A stretch of 64,000 nucleotides of DNA from Nemertoderma westbladi (lineage: Eukaryota > Animalia > Xenacoelomorpha): the NCBI GenBank assembly GCA_032718475.1, contig JAUCBJ010003082.1:4030-68029 (forward strand). The letters run 5' to 3'. How positions within the stretch are numbered: position 1 is the stretch's first letter; every line of letters begins with the position of its first letter. The notes under the pieces are model-generated. The model made no database searches, had not been told where the DNA came from, and saw only the letters and a program-made list of their open reading frames with translations. Below are positions 23,741-34,235 of this stretch, piece after piece. A program made the position numbers and the translations under genes.

Positions 23741-26700
23741 TTAAGTTGGGGAGTCCCTAGATGTTTGTTGGATTAGGGAGGTGGTCGTGGGAAGAGTATC
23801 TTGTCTCCCATAGTTTCCGGAGAGTTCTCTGTCTCTTTCCAGTAAACATAAGCGACGTCCCACTGGGCGATTGAGCTGCTGCGTCTCGAAGACAATTCCC
23901 GGTTTCTTGAAGTTACGTCGCATGACGACGAGTTCTACCGATCGCACCAAACCGTCATCCGAGATGTGAGTCTCGATGATACGACCCGTCTGCCACCTCT
24001 TACGTGGAAGATCTACATCCACAATAAGAACCATGTCTCCAGCGCTAACGTTTTTTTGCTGCGCAAACCACTCAGTTCGAAGTTGTAGCGTGGGCAGATA
24101 ATGTTTTTCGAAATGGTCAGCGAAACGACGGGATAACAACTGCATGAGTTGCCAAGTTTGTCGGCAGTATTCGTCTCCGTCTGTGATTTCCGATTGTGGG
24201 AGCATGGCTACAGGTTTCTTCAGTAGGAAGTGCGCGGGTGTTAGCGCTTCCAGGGAATCGGGACTCGATGAGACTGGCATAAGCGGTCTCTCGTTGAGAT
24301 AGGCGGCGATTTCTTCCATTAACGTCCGCAAAAGTTCGTCGGTGAGATAAGCGCGGCAAGGCACTATAAAATGAAATGCTGTCTTCACACTTCTTATTAA
24401 TCTCTCCCAACTTCCTCCCCACCAAGGGGCGTCGGCGGCGTTGAAGGTCCAACTAGACGCCGTTACTCGTAGTTGGTCGTCCACCTGTCTTTGGTTCCAA
24501 TCTTTGACGTAAGCTTTGATTTCGTTGTTGGCACCAATGAAGTTTGTTCCCTTATCAGATCTCATCGTGTTACTAGTGCCAAAGCGAGCGATCTGTCGTC
24601 GTAAGCTTAATAGAAAGCTATTGGTAGATAAATCGTTCACCATATCGAGATGGATGGCTCTACAAGTCATACAAACAAAGATTACACACCATCTCTTGAC
24701 TATAGTCCTAGCACGATATACTTCAATAGGGCCAAATAAATCCACACCGGTATTAGTAAAGGGTGGTTCATAAAAGCTTACTCGTTCCCTAGGTAATTCT
24801 GCCTCTCTCTGTGTTAAAGGCCTACTGAATGCTTTCTTACAGGGTATACAGTTCCTAAGAACTTGGTTCAGAGCTCTACGGGGTTTATAAAAATAATAGC
24901 GAGTTCGAATTTCGCTAAGAACTCGTTCTCTACCAGCATGATAAAGTTTGCTGTGAACATCTACTATCATCTTGACTTGTATTTCAAGATTTCTAATGAG
25001 TATGGGGAACTTAGTATCAAAGGATAATGGGGCATTCGTTAACCTTCCTCCAACACGTATCAACCCATCTATCATTGTGCTAGAGAAACGATCCCTTAAG
25101 CGCATCTGTGGATTTCTCAACAACAGGAAATACTTATCGGAATCTTCATAGCATTGTAAGAGTCTCAGCATCTGTTTGTTGGTTTCTTCATGCTCCTGAT
25201 AACTGATCTTCTCCTTCAGAAACTTGTCGGGTACCTTATATTTAGGAAGGTCTTTAATAACATGGACCTGCACTGATGTGATTGGAGCGGTATCACCCTT
25301 TGTTTTCATCCCAGAGTAGTGATGGTGAAAACATCTCTTTAAATAGGTAACGGCCTTACAAAGCCGATTCCAGGAACTGTAGTGATGCATCGCTCTCTGC
25401 AGAAGAGGTGAGAGTCCTTGCGAGACGTCTGGTATACCAGATTTCCAATCCTTATCACGGATTTCCACAATGGGTTTATTTGTGGCTGTGGGTTTCTGAT
25501 CCAAAGCGTCGTCTCCGGAAGTATGTAGTACAGACAGATCTACTGTGGGTTTGAATAACTTCGATTTACTCGCCTGAGTTTTAGGTTTGACTTTCTCCGC
25601 TCCCTTGGCCTGTCTAATTTCTGCTGTAGTAAGATGAGGAGGCCATTCTTCTTCTTCTTGGTAGAGGAAGTCGGGTCCACCTAACCAGTCTGGAGTATCT
25701 ACCAGTTCTTGTGGAGTTGCTCCCCTGGAAGCGATGTCTGCTGGATTAATCGTTCCGGGGCAATGTCTCCATTGATCCATCGTCGTGCGACTGAGTATAA
25801 TAGCTACTCTGTTGGTAACGAAGACGCTGAACTGACAGACTTCATTGGTTATATACTCCAACATGAGTAAAGCGTCGGTCCAATAGACAGTTATCTCCAG
25901 GGGATAGTCGATCTGTTCTGTTACATTCCGGCCGATGGCTGTAGCGTATAGAGCCGCTTTTAACTCCGCTCGAGAAACTTTCAACTTGTTGTTTATCAAT
26001 GCCTTAGAGGTAACCAAGGCGACTTTAATTCCGTCCGGAGTTTCCACCCTTAGGTAGGCTACTATACCGATTCCCATATCGCTGGCGTCTCCAAACACAT
26101 GGAGTTGATATGAATACGTAGGGAGAACATGACCAAAATATGAACGGGAAATTATAAAATTTTCGATGGCTGGTAGAGACTCTTCCCATTTCATCCACTT
26201 CTTTAATAATTCTCCCTTAAGTGGATCGTCCCATGAGTGGTTTTCAAGCCACATTTGTTGTACTAAACTCCGAGCAATCAATATAACTGGGCTAATAAAT
26301 CCCAATGGATCGAAATAAGTGCTCAGGATACTTAAACAAATCCGTTTAGTCCGAACTGGATTATCTCGCTGTTTTAATTGGAAAAACAGGATATCTCTTT
26401 CTGTGTCCCATTTCAAACCAAGGGTCTTAGTTTCTGGGAGATCATCCTTTATTAGATCTAGGTCTTTTGCTCCTCGATCTTCTACCGGGATCGACTCCAG
26501 AAACTCACGGGAGTTGCTAGTGAATTTAGTTAATCGAAATCCTCCTTTCTTTAAGCATTCTACCGTTCCTTTAGCGACCTCAATGGCTTCTTCTACTGAT
26601 GGAAGGGACTTCAGATTATCGTCCATGTAGATGTCTCGTTTGATATTGTCGATCACTTCTTTAGAGAAGGCGTCTCGGTTGTCATCCGCAGTGGTGCGCA

Positions 26701-27226
26701 CCACGGAACAGGCGTTTGAAGGGCTCGAGATTATCCCAAAGGCTTGGATGGTCATCCAGTATTCCACAGGTTTCTTATTGAGGTCTCCTTCAGGCCACCA
26801 CAAAAATCGTAGGCTATCTCGATCCCTATCCAGCGCTTTGACTTGTAAGAACATGCCTTCTATATCTGAGGCGAAAGCAATGGAGTATTGTCTTAATCTT
26901 AATAGTATTCCCAACAAGGATTGGAGTAAGTTGGGTCCGGGTAACAATTCAGAATTAAGAGATTGGCCCATATAAAGGGCGGAACCGTCAAACACCACTC
27001 GTACTTCATGGGGTTTACCGGGTTTGGGAACGTAATGGTGAGTTAAGTAATACGTTCTCTCAGTTATAGGGGTTTCTTCCGGTACTAGCTCCGCATATCC
27101 CTTGCTAATAAACTTCTTCAACTGTGTTTGATACATTTCTTTAGCTGAAGAATTTGCCGTAAGGCGTCGATGTAGTTGAGCAATTCTTTTCTCCGCCAAA
27201 GGTCTGTTGTTAATGAACTTGGGAAA
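23741..27226 (-). CDS. pol: BEL/Pao Pol part: reverse transcriptase, RNase H, integrase
   Basis: RT (RVVFDGS, DIEGMFLQV, YMDD), RNase H (QLHVFGDAS, RAEL, YWTD), integrase (HSKLYH...CIPC, GVDLFGP, SDKGTNF, GGSWERL), C-terminal WQTGRI...DGLVRSV. The ORF-track start 27199 is not an ATG; the frame joins gag at about 27226. Confidence 0.95.
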   Translation of the reverse strand, partial: FPKFINNRPLAEKRIAQLHRRLTANSSAKEMYQTQLKKFISKGYAELVPEETPITERTYYLTHHYVPKPGKPHEVRVVFDGSALYMGQSLNSELLPGPNLLQSLLGILLRLRQYSIAFASDIEGMFLQVKALDRDRDSLRFLWWPEGDLNKKPVEYWMTIQAFGIISSPSNACSVVRTTADDNRDAFSKEVIDNIKRDIYMDDNLKSLPSVEEAIEVAKGTVECLKKGGFRLTKFTSNSREFLESIPVEDRGAKDLDLIKDDLPETKTLGLKWDTERDILFFQLKQRDNPVRTKRICLSILSTYFDPLGFISPVILIARSLVQQMWLENHSWDDPLKGELLKKWMKWEESLPAIENFIISRSYFGHVLPTYSYQLHVFGDASDMGIGIVAYLRVETPDGIKVALVTSKALINNKLKVSRAELKAALYATAIGRNVTEQIDYPLEITVYWTDALLMLEYITNEVCQFSVFVTNRVAIILSRTTMDQWRHCPGTINPADIASRGATPQELVDTPDWLGGPDFLYQEEEEWPPHLTTAEIRQAKGAEKVKPKTQASKSKLFKPTVDLSVLHTSGDDALDQKPTATNKPIVEIRDKDWKSGIPDVSQGLSPLLQRAMHHYSSWNRLCKAVTYLKRCFHHHYSGMKTKGDTAPITSVQVHVIKDLPKYKVPDKFLKEKISYQEHEETNKQMLRLLQCYEDSDKYFLLLRNPQMRLRDRFSSTMIDGLIRVGGRLTNAPLSFDTKFPILIRNLEIQVKMIVDVHSKLYHAGRERVLSEIRTRYYFYKPRRALNQVLRNCIPCKKAFSRPLTQREAELPRERVSFYEPPFTNTGVDLFGPIEVYRARTIVKRWCVIFVCMTCRAIHLDMVNDLSTNSFLLSLRRQIARFGTSNTMRSDKGTNFIGANNEIKAYVKDWNQRQVDDQLRVTASSWTFNAADAPWWGGSWERLIRSVKTAFHFIVPCRAYLTDELLRTLMEEIAAYLNERPLMPVSSSPDSLEALTPAHFLLKKPVAMLPQSEITDGDEYCRQTWQLMQLLSRRFADHFEKHYLPTLQLRTEWFAQQKNVSAGDMVLIVDVDLPRKRWQTGRIIETHISDDGLVRSVELVVMRRNFKKPGIVFETQQLNRPVGRRLCLLERDRELSGNYGRQDTLPTTTSLIQQTSRDSPT

Positions 27227-30200
27227 GGAAGTCCGATTTCATACCTACCTTGATCTTTAAGAAAACGAGTAGTTGTCGCTTGGATCTGCTTGGCTCTTTC
27301 TTCCTCCACCGATAGGGCCTTATCGTAGGAGTTGGGCTCTACGACCTCTTGAGTAAAGAATCTCACGGCGTGTTCATCCCGAGTCTTGGCATTATAACGT
27401 TCAATGACGTCATTAAGCTCGTCGTTATAGTCGTCTCGCTCGGATGGGAGAAGGAGTTGACATAAGTTCACTTGATTTTGCCAAGTCTCGCTTTCCTTAA
27501 GGAGATCGATGGCATTCTCCTCATCGAAAAGTTGATATATATCGTCGTTGTCTGAGGAGTATGGAGTTCCCTCAGTTGGATCGTCGAACTCACTGTTCTC
27601 AACTTCCCATTCTCGCACTTGATATACCTGATCTTTCGGTAATCTTTCCATGAGAGTTCTACGGGAAGGGCCAGTAAAGTACCAACCTACTCTAGTTCTT
27701 ACCGCATAGGTTTGTAGTGGCTGCGGTTGAGCAGGCCGTTTCTCCAATGTCTCGAGCGCCTCATGCGCGTTTTGGCCGATGAGTATTGGCACTCCAGGAT
27801 AATCAGTCTGGAATCGAGGTATCTTAAGATGTTGGATGCTCTCATCCTCGTCCCAATTATAAAGGTCTGCTTGAGTAGTAGCGAAGTTTTTTATAGCCAC
27901 CATTTTCACTGACCTTATGCTATGTTCTCCTAGTTCGTCCTGGGGGGTGGACAATGCACCTACATAATAATCCGCTGTTACTGTAGATTTCCAAACCTGC
28001 ATAATCCCTGACATGTTTAGCTTAGTTCGGAACTTGGGTTGTCCAGCGAATATGTCTTCGGCTAGCTCTTTGTCGATGAATGTTCCTGTACTACCGGAGT
28101 CAAGGAGGGCGTTCACTACATAACTCCTTTTTGGTCCGTGGACCCTTACCTGTACCACAGGAAATTCTCTAATCCCTACATTGGAAGTTGGCGCTTTCCA
28201 AAATGGTTGTTGATCAGAAATAGTTAGGGTAAGGTCGCTGTCCGTATCCTTTTCATACGTGAGTGCTCGATACACTGTGGTATTTATCGTGTAACAGGAT
28301 TCGTTTTCATCGGAGAACTCGTCTGTATAGAATCCTTCCATCTCAGATTGATCAGTGTCGTTCATATCACTGAATTGGACATGTAGTTCGGAATCACTTA
28401 CCTGACTCGGACTATTTCGCTCGAATTCAGTGTGCAACAAGATATGATGTTTCGCACCGCACTTGGCACATCTTGTGTCAGAGTAACAGGTTCGCCGTTG
28501 GTGTCCTTGTCTGAGGCAATTATAACACAACCGCTTATCCCACATGACTTCACGTCTCTCAGTTAATGATTTCTTTAGGAATTCATCACACATATTCAAG
28601 CGATGGGTCCCATCACATAGCGCACATTTCGGTTTGATGTTACTTACCTTACTCTGAGTAACATTGTGTACACTTGTTTTTTCTTCGTGCTTTCTCACCT
28701 GAATTCTCTTGGGAGACGTAGGAGGAGTTTTTCTTACCTGTTCTCTCCTGTCATTGGTTCGAGACTTGAATTTACTTACCTGATCTTTAGGCATTTTATT
28801 GACGTAATAAGATCTGTCAGTGTCTTTCCCGCTATCCTCTCCTTGAGAAGTCTGGCTTTCGCCGTCGTCTGTATAACACACTGGTGTTACCTTTCTCCTA
28901 GAGACGGGTTTTTCACTTACCTTGTTTTCCGGTGTCTTCTCTCTGGACAGTTTTAGGAGCTGTAATTTCACTTCTCCATCTAGGAATGACATGAGATCAG
29001 CCATGGTAGGGTCTCGTCGTTGTTGTTCCATCATATATAACACTTTCTTATCCCAGCGTGTACCTACTCCACCTTTCGGTAAAGTAGAAGCCACTGCTCT
29101 AATAACCATAGCATTCTGATACTCATGAGACTTACCTAGCCAATCTAATTGTCTGCAGATCTCCTGAATTTCATCGGAAAACTCTATAATTCCGCTGCTA
29201 ATAAACTTTCGGGGCGCTACCAACTTTGCATACAAATACCCAGCTATGTTATTCCTATTACCATACCTGATGTTTAGTGTATCCCAAACTTGTCTTAATC
29301 CGTCAGGATGTCCAATAAACTTTAACGCCATTAACTTGGGAGATCCTTCCAAGCACTCGATGAGGAATCTAAGTTTCTCTCCATTAGATAGCACAGAGTT
29401 CTGTATGTTATCTTTGTAATATTCATTAAAAGGTAACCATTTCATCTCATCTCCATTGAACTTGACGATCTCTCCCACCTTTACCGCTTGCCGGGCTTCG
29501 GTTCTAGCCATTTGACGCGTAAAACTTTCTTGGGCCATCATGTTATTTAATATCGAGTTATCGGTATATAAATTTCTCGGATTATGATCCGGTCTATAGG
29601 GAATATCATTATCAACAGGTCTATAATTACCCTTAATAGGGTTCACTATAGGAGTTTCTACTTCGCTAGCAGTATAGATGCGTGTAGGCTCCACACCCTG
29701 CGCATGAGATACTTCAGACCTAACAGGTTGACACATTGTTACAGGGGGTGGTGGTATACCCCTTTGTGTATTTACTAATTTATCGCGTTCAAGCGCGATA
29801 CTTTGCTGCACTTCTTGCAACTCTAGCCTACTTTCCCTTACTGTGCCCTTGAATTGCTGAACGGTCTCCTGCATCTGTCCGAGCAGGAGATCCATCCCCC
29901 GTCGTCTCTCATCCACCCATTCGACCGCCGAAGCGGGATTCGCCAACGTTGTAGCGGGCGGACGAGGGACAACGGGCGACAAATCATGAATATTTCGCTC
30001 GGAGTCCAGGGCATGAACTGTCTCATGGGCTGTTCTGCTGGGCACAGGTAGCTTGGTACTGTGCAAAGGGAGTTTAGAGGTAGGTTCAGGGAGCACAGGT
30101 GTCTCTATCACCGAAGGGGTGATTTCAAGAACAGGCCTAATTATTTCAGGCTCATCTACTATAGTAGGGAGTCTTTCTATTGTAATTATTTGGTCTGTGG

Positions 30201-31848
30201 GTTCTGTACTACCTAAGTTGGTGTTATTTAGTTGCCTTCTAACAGCTGGAGGCAAATCAGGCAATTTCTGACGGTGGGATGTTCTTTTACGTCTGCTTAG
30301 GTGAGATCTATTTCCTTTGCCTTCAGTATCGGTGGTATCGCCTTCTTCAGATGATGTATATCCCTGTCTTTTGGGAGTAGATCGATTCATCATCTGCATA
30401 TTACTAGCTGTTAACTGTTTATTTATGCAGTCTTGATTCTCCTGAATATTTTCCAGTTCTAATTGGGCAATCTCTTCAGCCGCTATCCGCTCCGCTTCTG
30501 CCGCTGCCCTTGCCGCTTTTCTTTCCATTTCGGCTGCTTTTCTTTTCGCTTCTGCCTCTGCCGCTGCCGCTTTTCTTTCCGCTTCTGCCTCTGCAGCTGC
30601 CGCTTTTCTTTCCGCTTCTGCCTCTGCAGCTGCCGCTTTTCTTTCGGCTTCTGCAGCTGCTACTGCTGCTTTCTTTCTGTCTTCTATGCGTTTCTTCTTC
30701 ACCCTTTCTTCTTGGTCTCTAGTGATGCGGAGTTGTTCATCGAATTTAGCTTGGTTCGCCGCTAACCTATCCACATCAATTGCGTCCAACACACGCTGGG
30801 CTCCTTCACTATTAGGGCTAAGTCCATCTAGCCTTCTCCTCAACTCTTCATCTCCCAAAAAACGCTGATAGTCTGACAGATAGATGTCAATGGCATCCCT
30901 CTTATGCGGTTTCTCTGCCGTCGCTTCACTTTCCACTTGGGAAAAAGTAGCGTCTGTTGATTCTCCATGGGTTGAGCGCTCCTCCAGCTGAGCTTTCCAC
31001 TGAGCTGTTCCTTGAACCTGGAGACTCACCCGTTGAAACCAAGTCTTTACGGCAACTTGCAACGACGTGTCTTGTCTTCTTTTAGAAGCCTCTTCAAAGG
31101 CCGATAAGATTAGCCTAATTCGCAGAATTCTTTCTCTAACTTGATAAAGCAGTTGTCCCTGCTCTTGAGGTCCTTGAGGTTGTTGAAACAGTTGTTCTTT
31201 TACTCGCTCCATAGAGCTGAGGAATCCCTGTGCGTATCCGGCTGCGGACCTCTTCCACACAGCTGGATCGATGGTTTCCTTGGCTACTCCCATCCGGTGT
31301 ATGTCTTCCCAGGCAGCTTCTGATAAATCAAACGGGAGTCCGGGTCCGGGGAAGTTCCATTGCGACTCGACCATAGACTTCAGTTCTTCCCTTGTGTATC
31401 CCTCATAACTATCTTTAGTTGATCGCTTACTTCTCGCCCAATCGATCTGGTGTTCTTCCACCGCGATCAATAACCTAGTGAGTACGGCTGCAGGAAGGAT
31501 GAGAAGGGGATCCGAATAAACCGCATCCGTCATCTTTGCTCCGCGCTCGGGTGTCAGCTCTACAGTATCCTCACTACTGGAGCTGTTGGGCCGCTGAGAA
31601 ATAAGTTCTTGGCTCGCGGGTTGTTGCTGTTCCGCTGCTTCTTGGTCCCGCTTGACCTGGGCTCGAGTGCCTATGATAGACCTACGATGTTGGACCAGCC
31701 TAGGTTCTGTTATTACTACTGGAGGGATGACCTTCCTCACAGTGGGAGGTGAACTGAACTTAGGTGTAGACGGTTCTACACCCTTATCTGAGTCGCAGAT
31801 AGTTGCATCTAATAAACTGTCTGACAGGTTCTGCTTAGTATCAGACAT
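27118..31848 (-). CDS. gag: BEL/Pao Gag-protease polyprotein
   Basis: First ATG at 31848 (MSDTKQ). KFNGDEMKWLPF capsid-region motif, knuckles CALCDGTHRLNMC, CYNCLRQGHQRRTC and CAKCGAKHHILLH, aspartic protease ALLDSGS, then RYEIGLPF pre-RT motif. Confidence 0.93.
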   Translation of the reverse strand: MSDTKQNLSDSLLDATICDSDKGVEPSTPKFSSPPTVRKVIPPVVITEPRLVQHRRSIIGTRAQVKRDQEAAEQQQPASQELISQRPNSSSSEDTVELTPERGAKMTDAVYSDPLLILPAAVLTRLLIAVEEHQIDWARSKRSTKDSYEGYTREELKSMVESQWNFPGPGLPFDLSEAAWEDIHRMGVAKETIDPAVWKRSAAGYAQGFLSSMERVKEQLFQQPQGPQEQGQLLYQVRERILRIRLILSAFEEASKRRQDTSLQVAVKTWFQRVSLQVQGTAQWKAQLEERSTHGESTDATFSQVESEATAEKPHKRDAIDIYLSDYQRFLGDEELRRRLDGLSPNSEGAQRVLDAIDVDRLAANQAKFDEQLRITRDQEERVKKKRIEDRKKAAVAAAEAERKAAAAEAEAERKAAAAEAEAERKAAAAEAEAKRKAAEMERKAARAAAEAERIAAEEIAQLELENIQENQDCINKQLTASNMQMMNRSTPKRQGYTSSEEGDTTDTEGKGNRSHLSRRKRTSHRQKLPDLPPAVRRQLNNTNLGSTEPTDQIITIERLPTIVDEPEIIRPVLEITPSVIETPVLPEPTSKLPLHSTKLPVPSRTAHETVHALDSERNIHDLSPVVPRPPATTLANPASAVEWVDERRRGMDLLLGQMQETVQQFKGTVRESRLELQEVQQSIALERDKLVNTQRGIPPPPVTMCQPVRSEVSHAQGVEPTRIYTASEVETPIVNPIKGNYRPVDNDIPYRPDHNPRNLYTDNSILNNMMAQESFTRQMARTEARQAVKVGEIVKFNGDEMKWLPFNEYYKDNIQNSVLSNGEKLRFLIECLEGSPKLMALKFIGHPDGLRQVWDTLNIRYGNRNNIAGYLYAKLVAPRKFISSGIIEFSDEIQEICRQLDWLGKSHEYQNAMVIRAVASTLPKGGVGTRWDKKVLYMMEQQRRDPTMADLMSFLDGEVKLQLLKLSREKTPENKVSEKPVSRRKVTPVCYTDDGESQTSQGEDSGKDTDRSYYVNKMPKDQVSKFKSRTNDRREQVRKTPPTSPKRIQVRKHEEKTSVHNVTQSKVSNIKPKCALCDGTHRLNMCDEFLKKSLTERREVMWDKRLCYNCLRQGHQRRTCYSDTRCAKCGAKHHILLHTEFERNSPSQVSDSELHVQFSDMNDTDQSEMEGFYTDEFSDENESCYTINTTVYRALTYEKDTDSDLTLTISDQQPFWKAPTSNVGIREFPVVQVRVHGPKRSYVVNALLDSGSTGTFIDKELAEDIFAGQPKFRTKLNMSGIMQVWKSTVTADYYVGALSTPQDELGEHSIRSVKMVAIKNFATTQADLYNWDEDESIQHLKIPRFQTDYPGVPILIGQNAHEALETLEKRPAQPQPLQTYAVRTRVGWYFTGPSRRTLMERLPKDQVYQVREWEVENSEFDDPTEGTPYSSDNDDIYQLFDEENAIDLLKESETWQNQVNLCQLLLPSERDDYNDELNDVIERYNAKTRDEHAVRFFTQEVVEPNSYDKALSVEEERAKQIQATTTRFLKDQGRYEIGLPFPSSLTTDLWRRKELLNYIDALRQILQLKKCIKHS

Positions 31849-33190
31849 ATTTGTGTGCACAGTTGAATGCCTACTGTTATATTATAGCCTAAGCAAGTCT
31901 AGTAATTCAGTATTAACTGCTAGCCTAGTAATTAATTACCGATACTGCTACTCAGTGTAGCGTGATATATATATAATATTAGAATACCGGTATGCTTATA
32001 GTATATATAAGTATTATTAGTAACTAGAATTAATTACAGAATACCGGTATGATTTCAGCCTAAGTTTATATATATAATAGGCCTATCTTGAATACCGGTA
32101 TATAGCTTACACTTATGATGTGTATATATAAGTATAATTACAGACTAGAATTAATTACAGAATACCGGTATAATTTCAACCTATATTTATAAATATAATA
32201 GGCCTATCGTAAATACCGGTATACCAATTATTTTAGAATAATTGAATTTCTGAATTTTAAGGGTTACTTGGTTACTTTAACTTACTTTATTGCCGTTATT
32301 TAAGCAGTAGTCCAACTGATATTGAGACCTAATTGTTATATGGCAGGCCTACTATTTATAAATCGTTTGAGTTGATTTATAATATATATATACCCGTTTA
32401 ATGGGTTTTGTCAATGTTTGAAATAAATGTTATTATTTCTGGGGGGAGTCACTACACAGAAGCTGTGCGCTCTCAGTGGAGTGCTACTTGTTAGACACTA
32501 AAACAAATAATTCTAATTTACCTAAGTTACTTAATACTACAAATTACGTACAATTCGGGTTGAGATTACAATCTCTAAATAAACACAAAAAATTTTATTA
32601 CAAATACACAAATACGAATTTTTAGGGTAATTTTACAAGAAGTCTACTAACCAGCCTAACAATGGGTTAGAATATCTGGTTATTACAACGGACAGGTTAC
32701 TACGGTATTTGAAAATAATAAGTAGTAGTAAATATACTGTGTTGTCCAGATAGGAAAATACCACCGCCTGACGACCTATAACCGTATCGCTATAGGTACT
32801 ACGTTATGTATCACGGAGTGTCCCTACCTAGAAGTTAATTACCGCGGTCTACCAGAACCAACGTGCCTATTAACCACTTTACAACACAAATACACTGCCT
32901 ACACACTAATTGCTTTCGGAAAGCACTGTACACTAAACCCTAAATTAGGTACAAGTACTTGTATAACAAATAATTAGTAGTTAAAAATACTTGAACAGCT
33001 AAAAGAACCACGGTATCTGCCGGAGTGACCAAAGCATAAAATCTCCAGTCTTTACCTACGCCGAGCAGCCCTGATGTAGTACCGGGGTTAGTTTAACTAT
33101 AACGGTATGTATAACAAACACAATTACTGTAGGAATAAACTTGGGGATATGAATATTGCGAATAATCGCATAAACTCTGAATAATAAATA

Positions 33191-33758
33191 TTACGCTACG
33201 CGTACAAACTACTCAAACAAAATGCAGACCAAATACTGACAGACTACTATCAAGCCTAAACAAACTACGGTATATGCAGACTCCGAAATGATTAGTTAGT
33301 ATGCGTTCTAACCCAGTAGTACGACTTATTCTTTCACAGGGGGTTTACCTCACAGCACTTGAAGCCCCTACTTTCCTAACTTAGCACTTTATCGGACAGA
33401 TGCTCTACACACACCGAAATTTCCTCAAACCCAACAACAGCCAGACAACTATCCAGCCTACAAATTATCTAAATAAAATTATACGCTACCCGTACAGACT
33501 ACACAAACAAAGTACAGACCAAACGATGGCAGACTACTATCAGGCCTAAATAAACCACAGGACATGCAGACTCCGAAATGGTTAAGTAGTATGCGTTCTA
33601 ACCCAGTAGTACGACTTATTCTTTAGATGGGGGTTTACCTTACAGCTATGGCTGCCCCTACTTCCTAACCGTTCTTTATCGGACATACACTCTACATGCA
33701 CTGCAATCCGTTCAGACCTAATCAACAGTTAGCCAACAGTCAAGCCTACAAATTATCT
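33191..33758. repeat. Diverged ~290-bp tandem duplication in the BEL 5' leader
   Basis: TACGCTAC.CGTACA.ACTAC...GCAGACTCCGAAATG...AGTATGCGTTCTAACCCAGTAGTACGACTTATTCTTT...AGCCTACAAATTATCT occurs at ~33191 and ~33481. Confidence 0.85.
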
Positions 33759-34039
33759 GTACAATCTGAGCAGGCTTACACGCCTTCTGCTCAATACTGG
33801 CCTACAAATAAATAAAACTGACAGAAATAGGCCTAAGTAAAATCCCAATAAAAACCAGGCGTCCCCGATTAATTATTAAGACCTACCGGCATATAATAAT
33901 CAAATCGAATAATACTGCTGTACCTGTACTGTTGTAGGTACCGGTCCGGATGATCAGGCAGTCAGGCCTACTGGTTACCGGTCGACCGGTACTTTCGACT
34001 AGATTGCTTACACCGCAATCCAGAAGCTATATCTGTTAT

Positions 34040-34235
34040 TGTTTGCGCTTTTAAGACCTTTGACAGTTTAACCTGCCAAATTAGGATGTCTTTTGGATGA
34101 TATATATTCTTTAGCTTATGACGAGTATTTGATACACTACATTAGCCGAAGCCAGTCTATGCGCAATCATTCACCCGCTGGATATACCCGGGAGACTGAG
34201 TTCGGAGCTTAATGATTGATGGTGTAAGCCTACCG
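34040..34235 (-). repeat. 5' LTR remnant (internal/U5-side 196 bp)
   Basis: Identical by eye to 19661-19856, then switches abruptly back to the host minisatellite. Confidence 0.9.

Larger units (their letters stand above)
19661..34235 (-). mobile_element. BEL/Pao LTR retrotransposon (~14.6 kb), 5' LTR truncated
   Basis: Gag with three Cys/His knuckles, protease, RT, RNase H and integrase in BEL order. 196-bp identical direct repeat at 19661-19856 and 34040-34235. Same minisatellite on both flanks. Confidence 0.95.
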
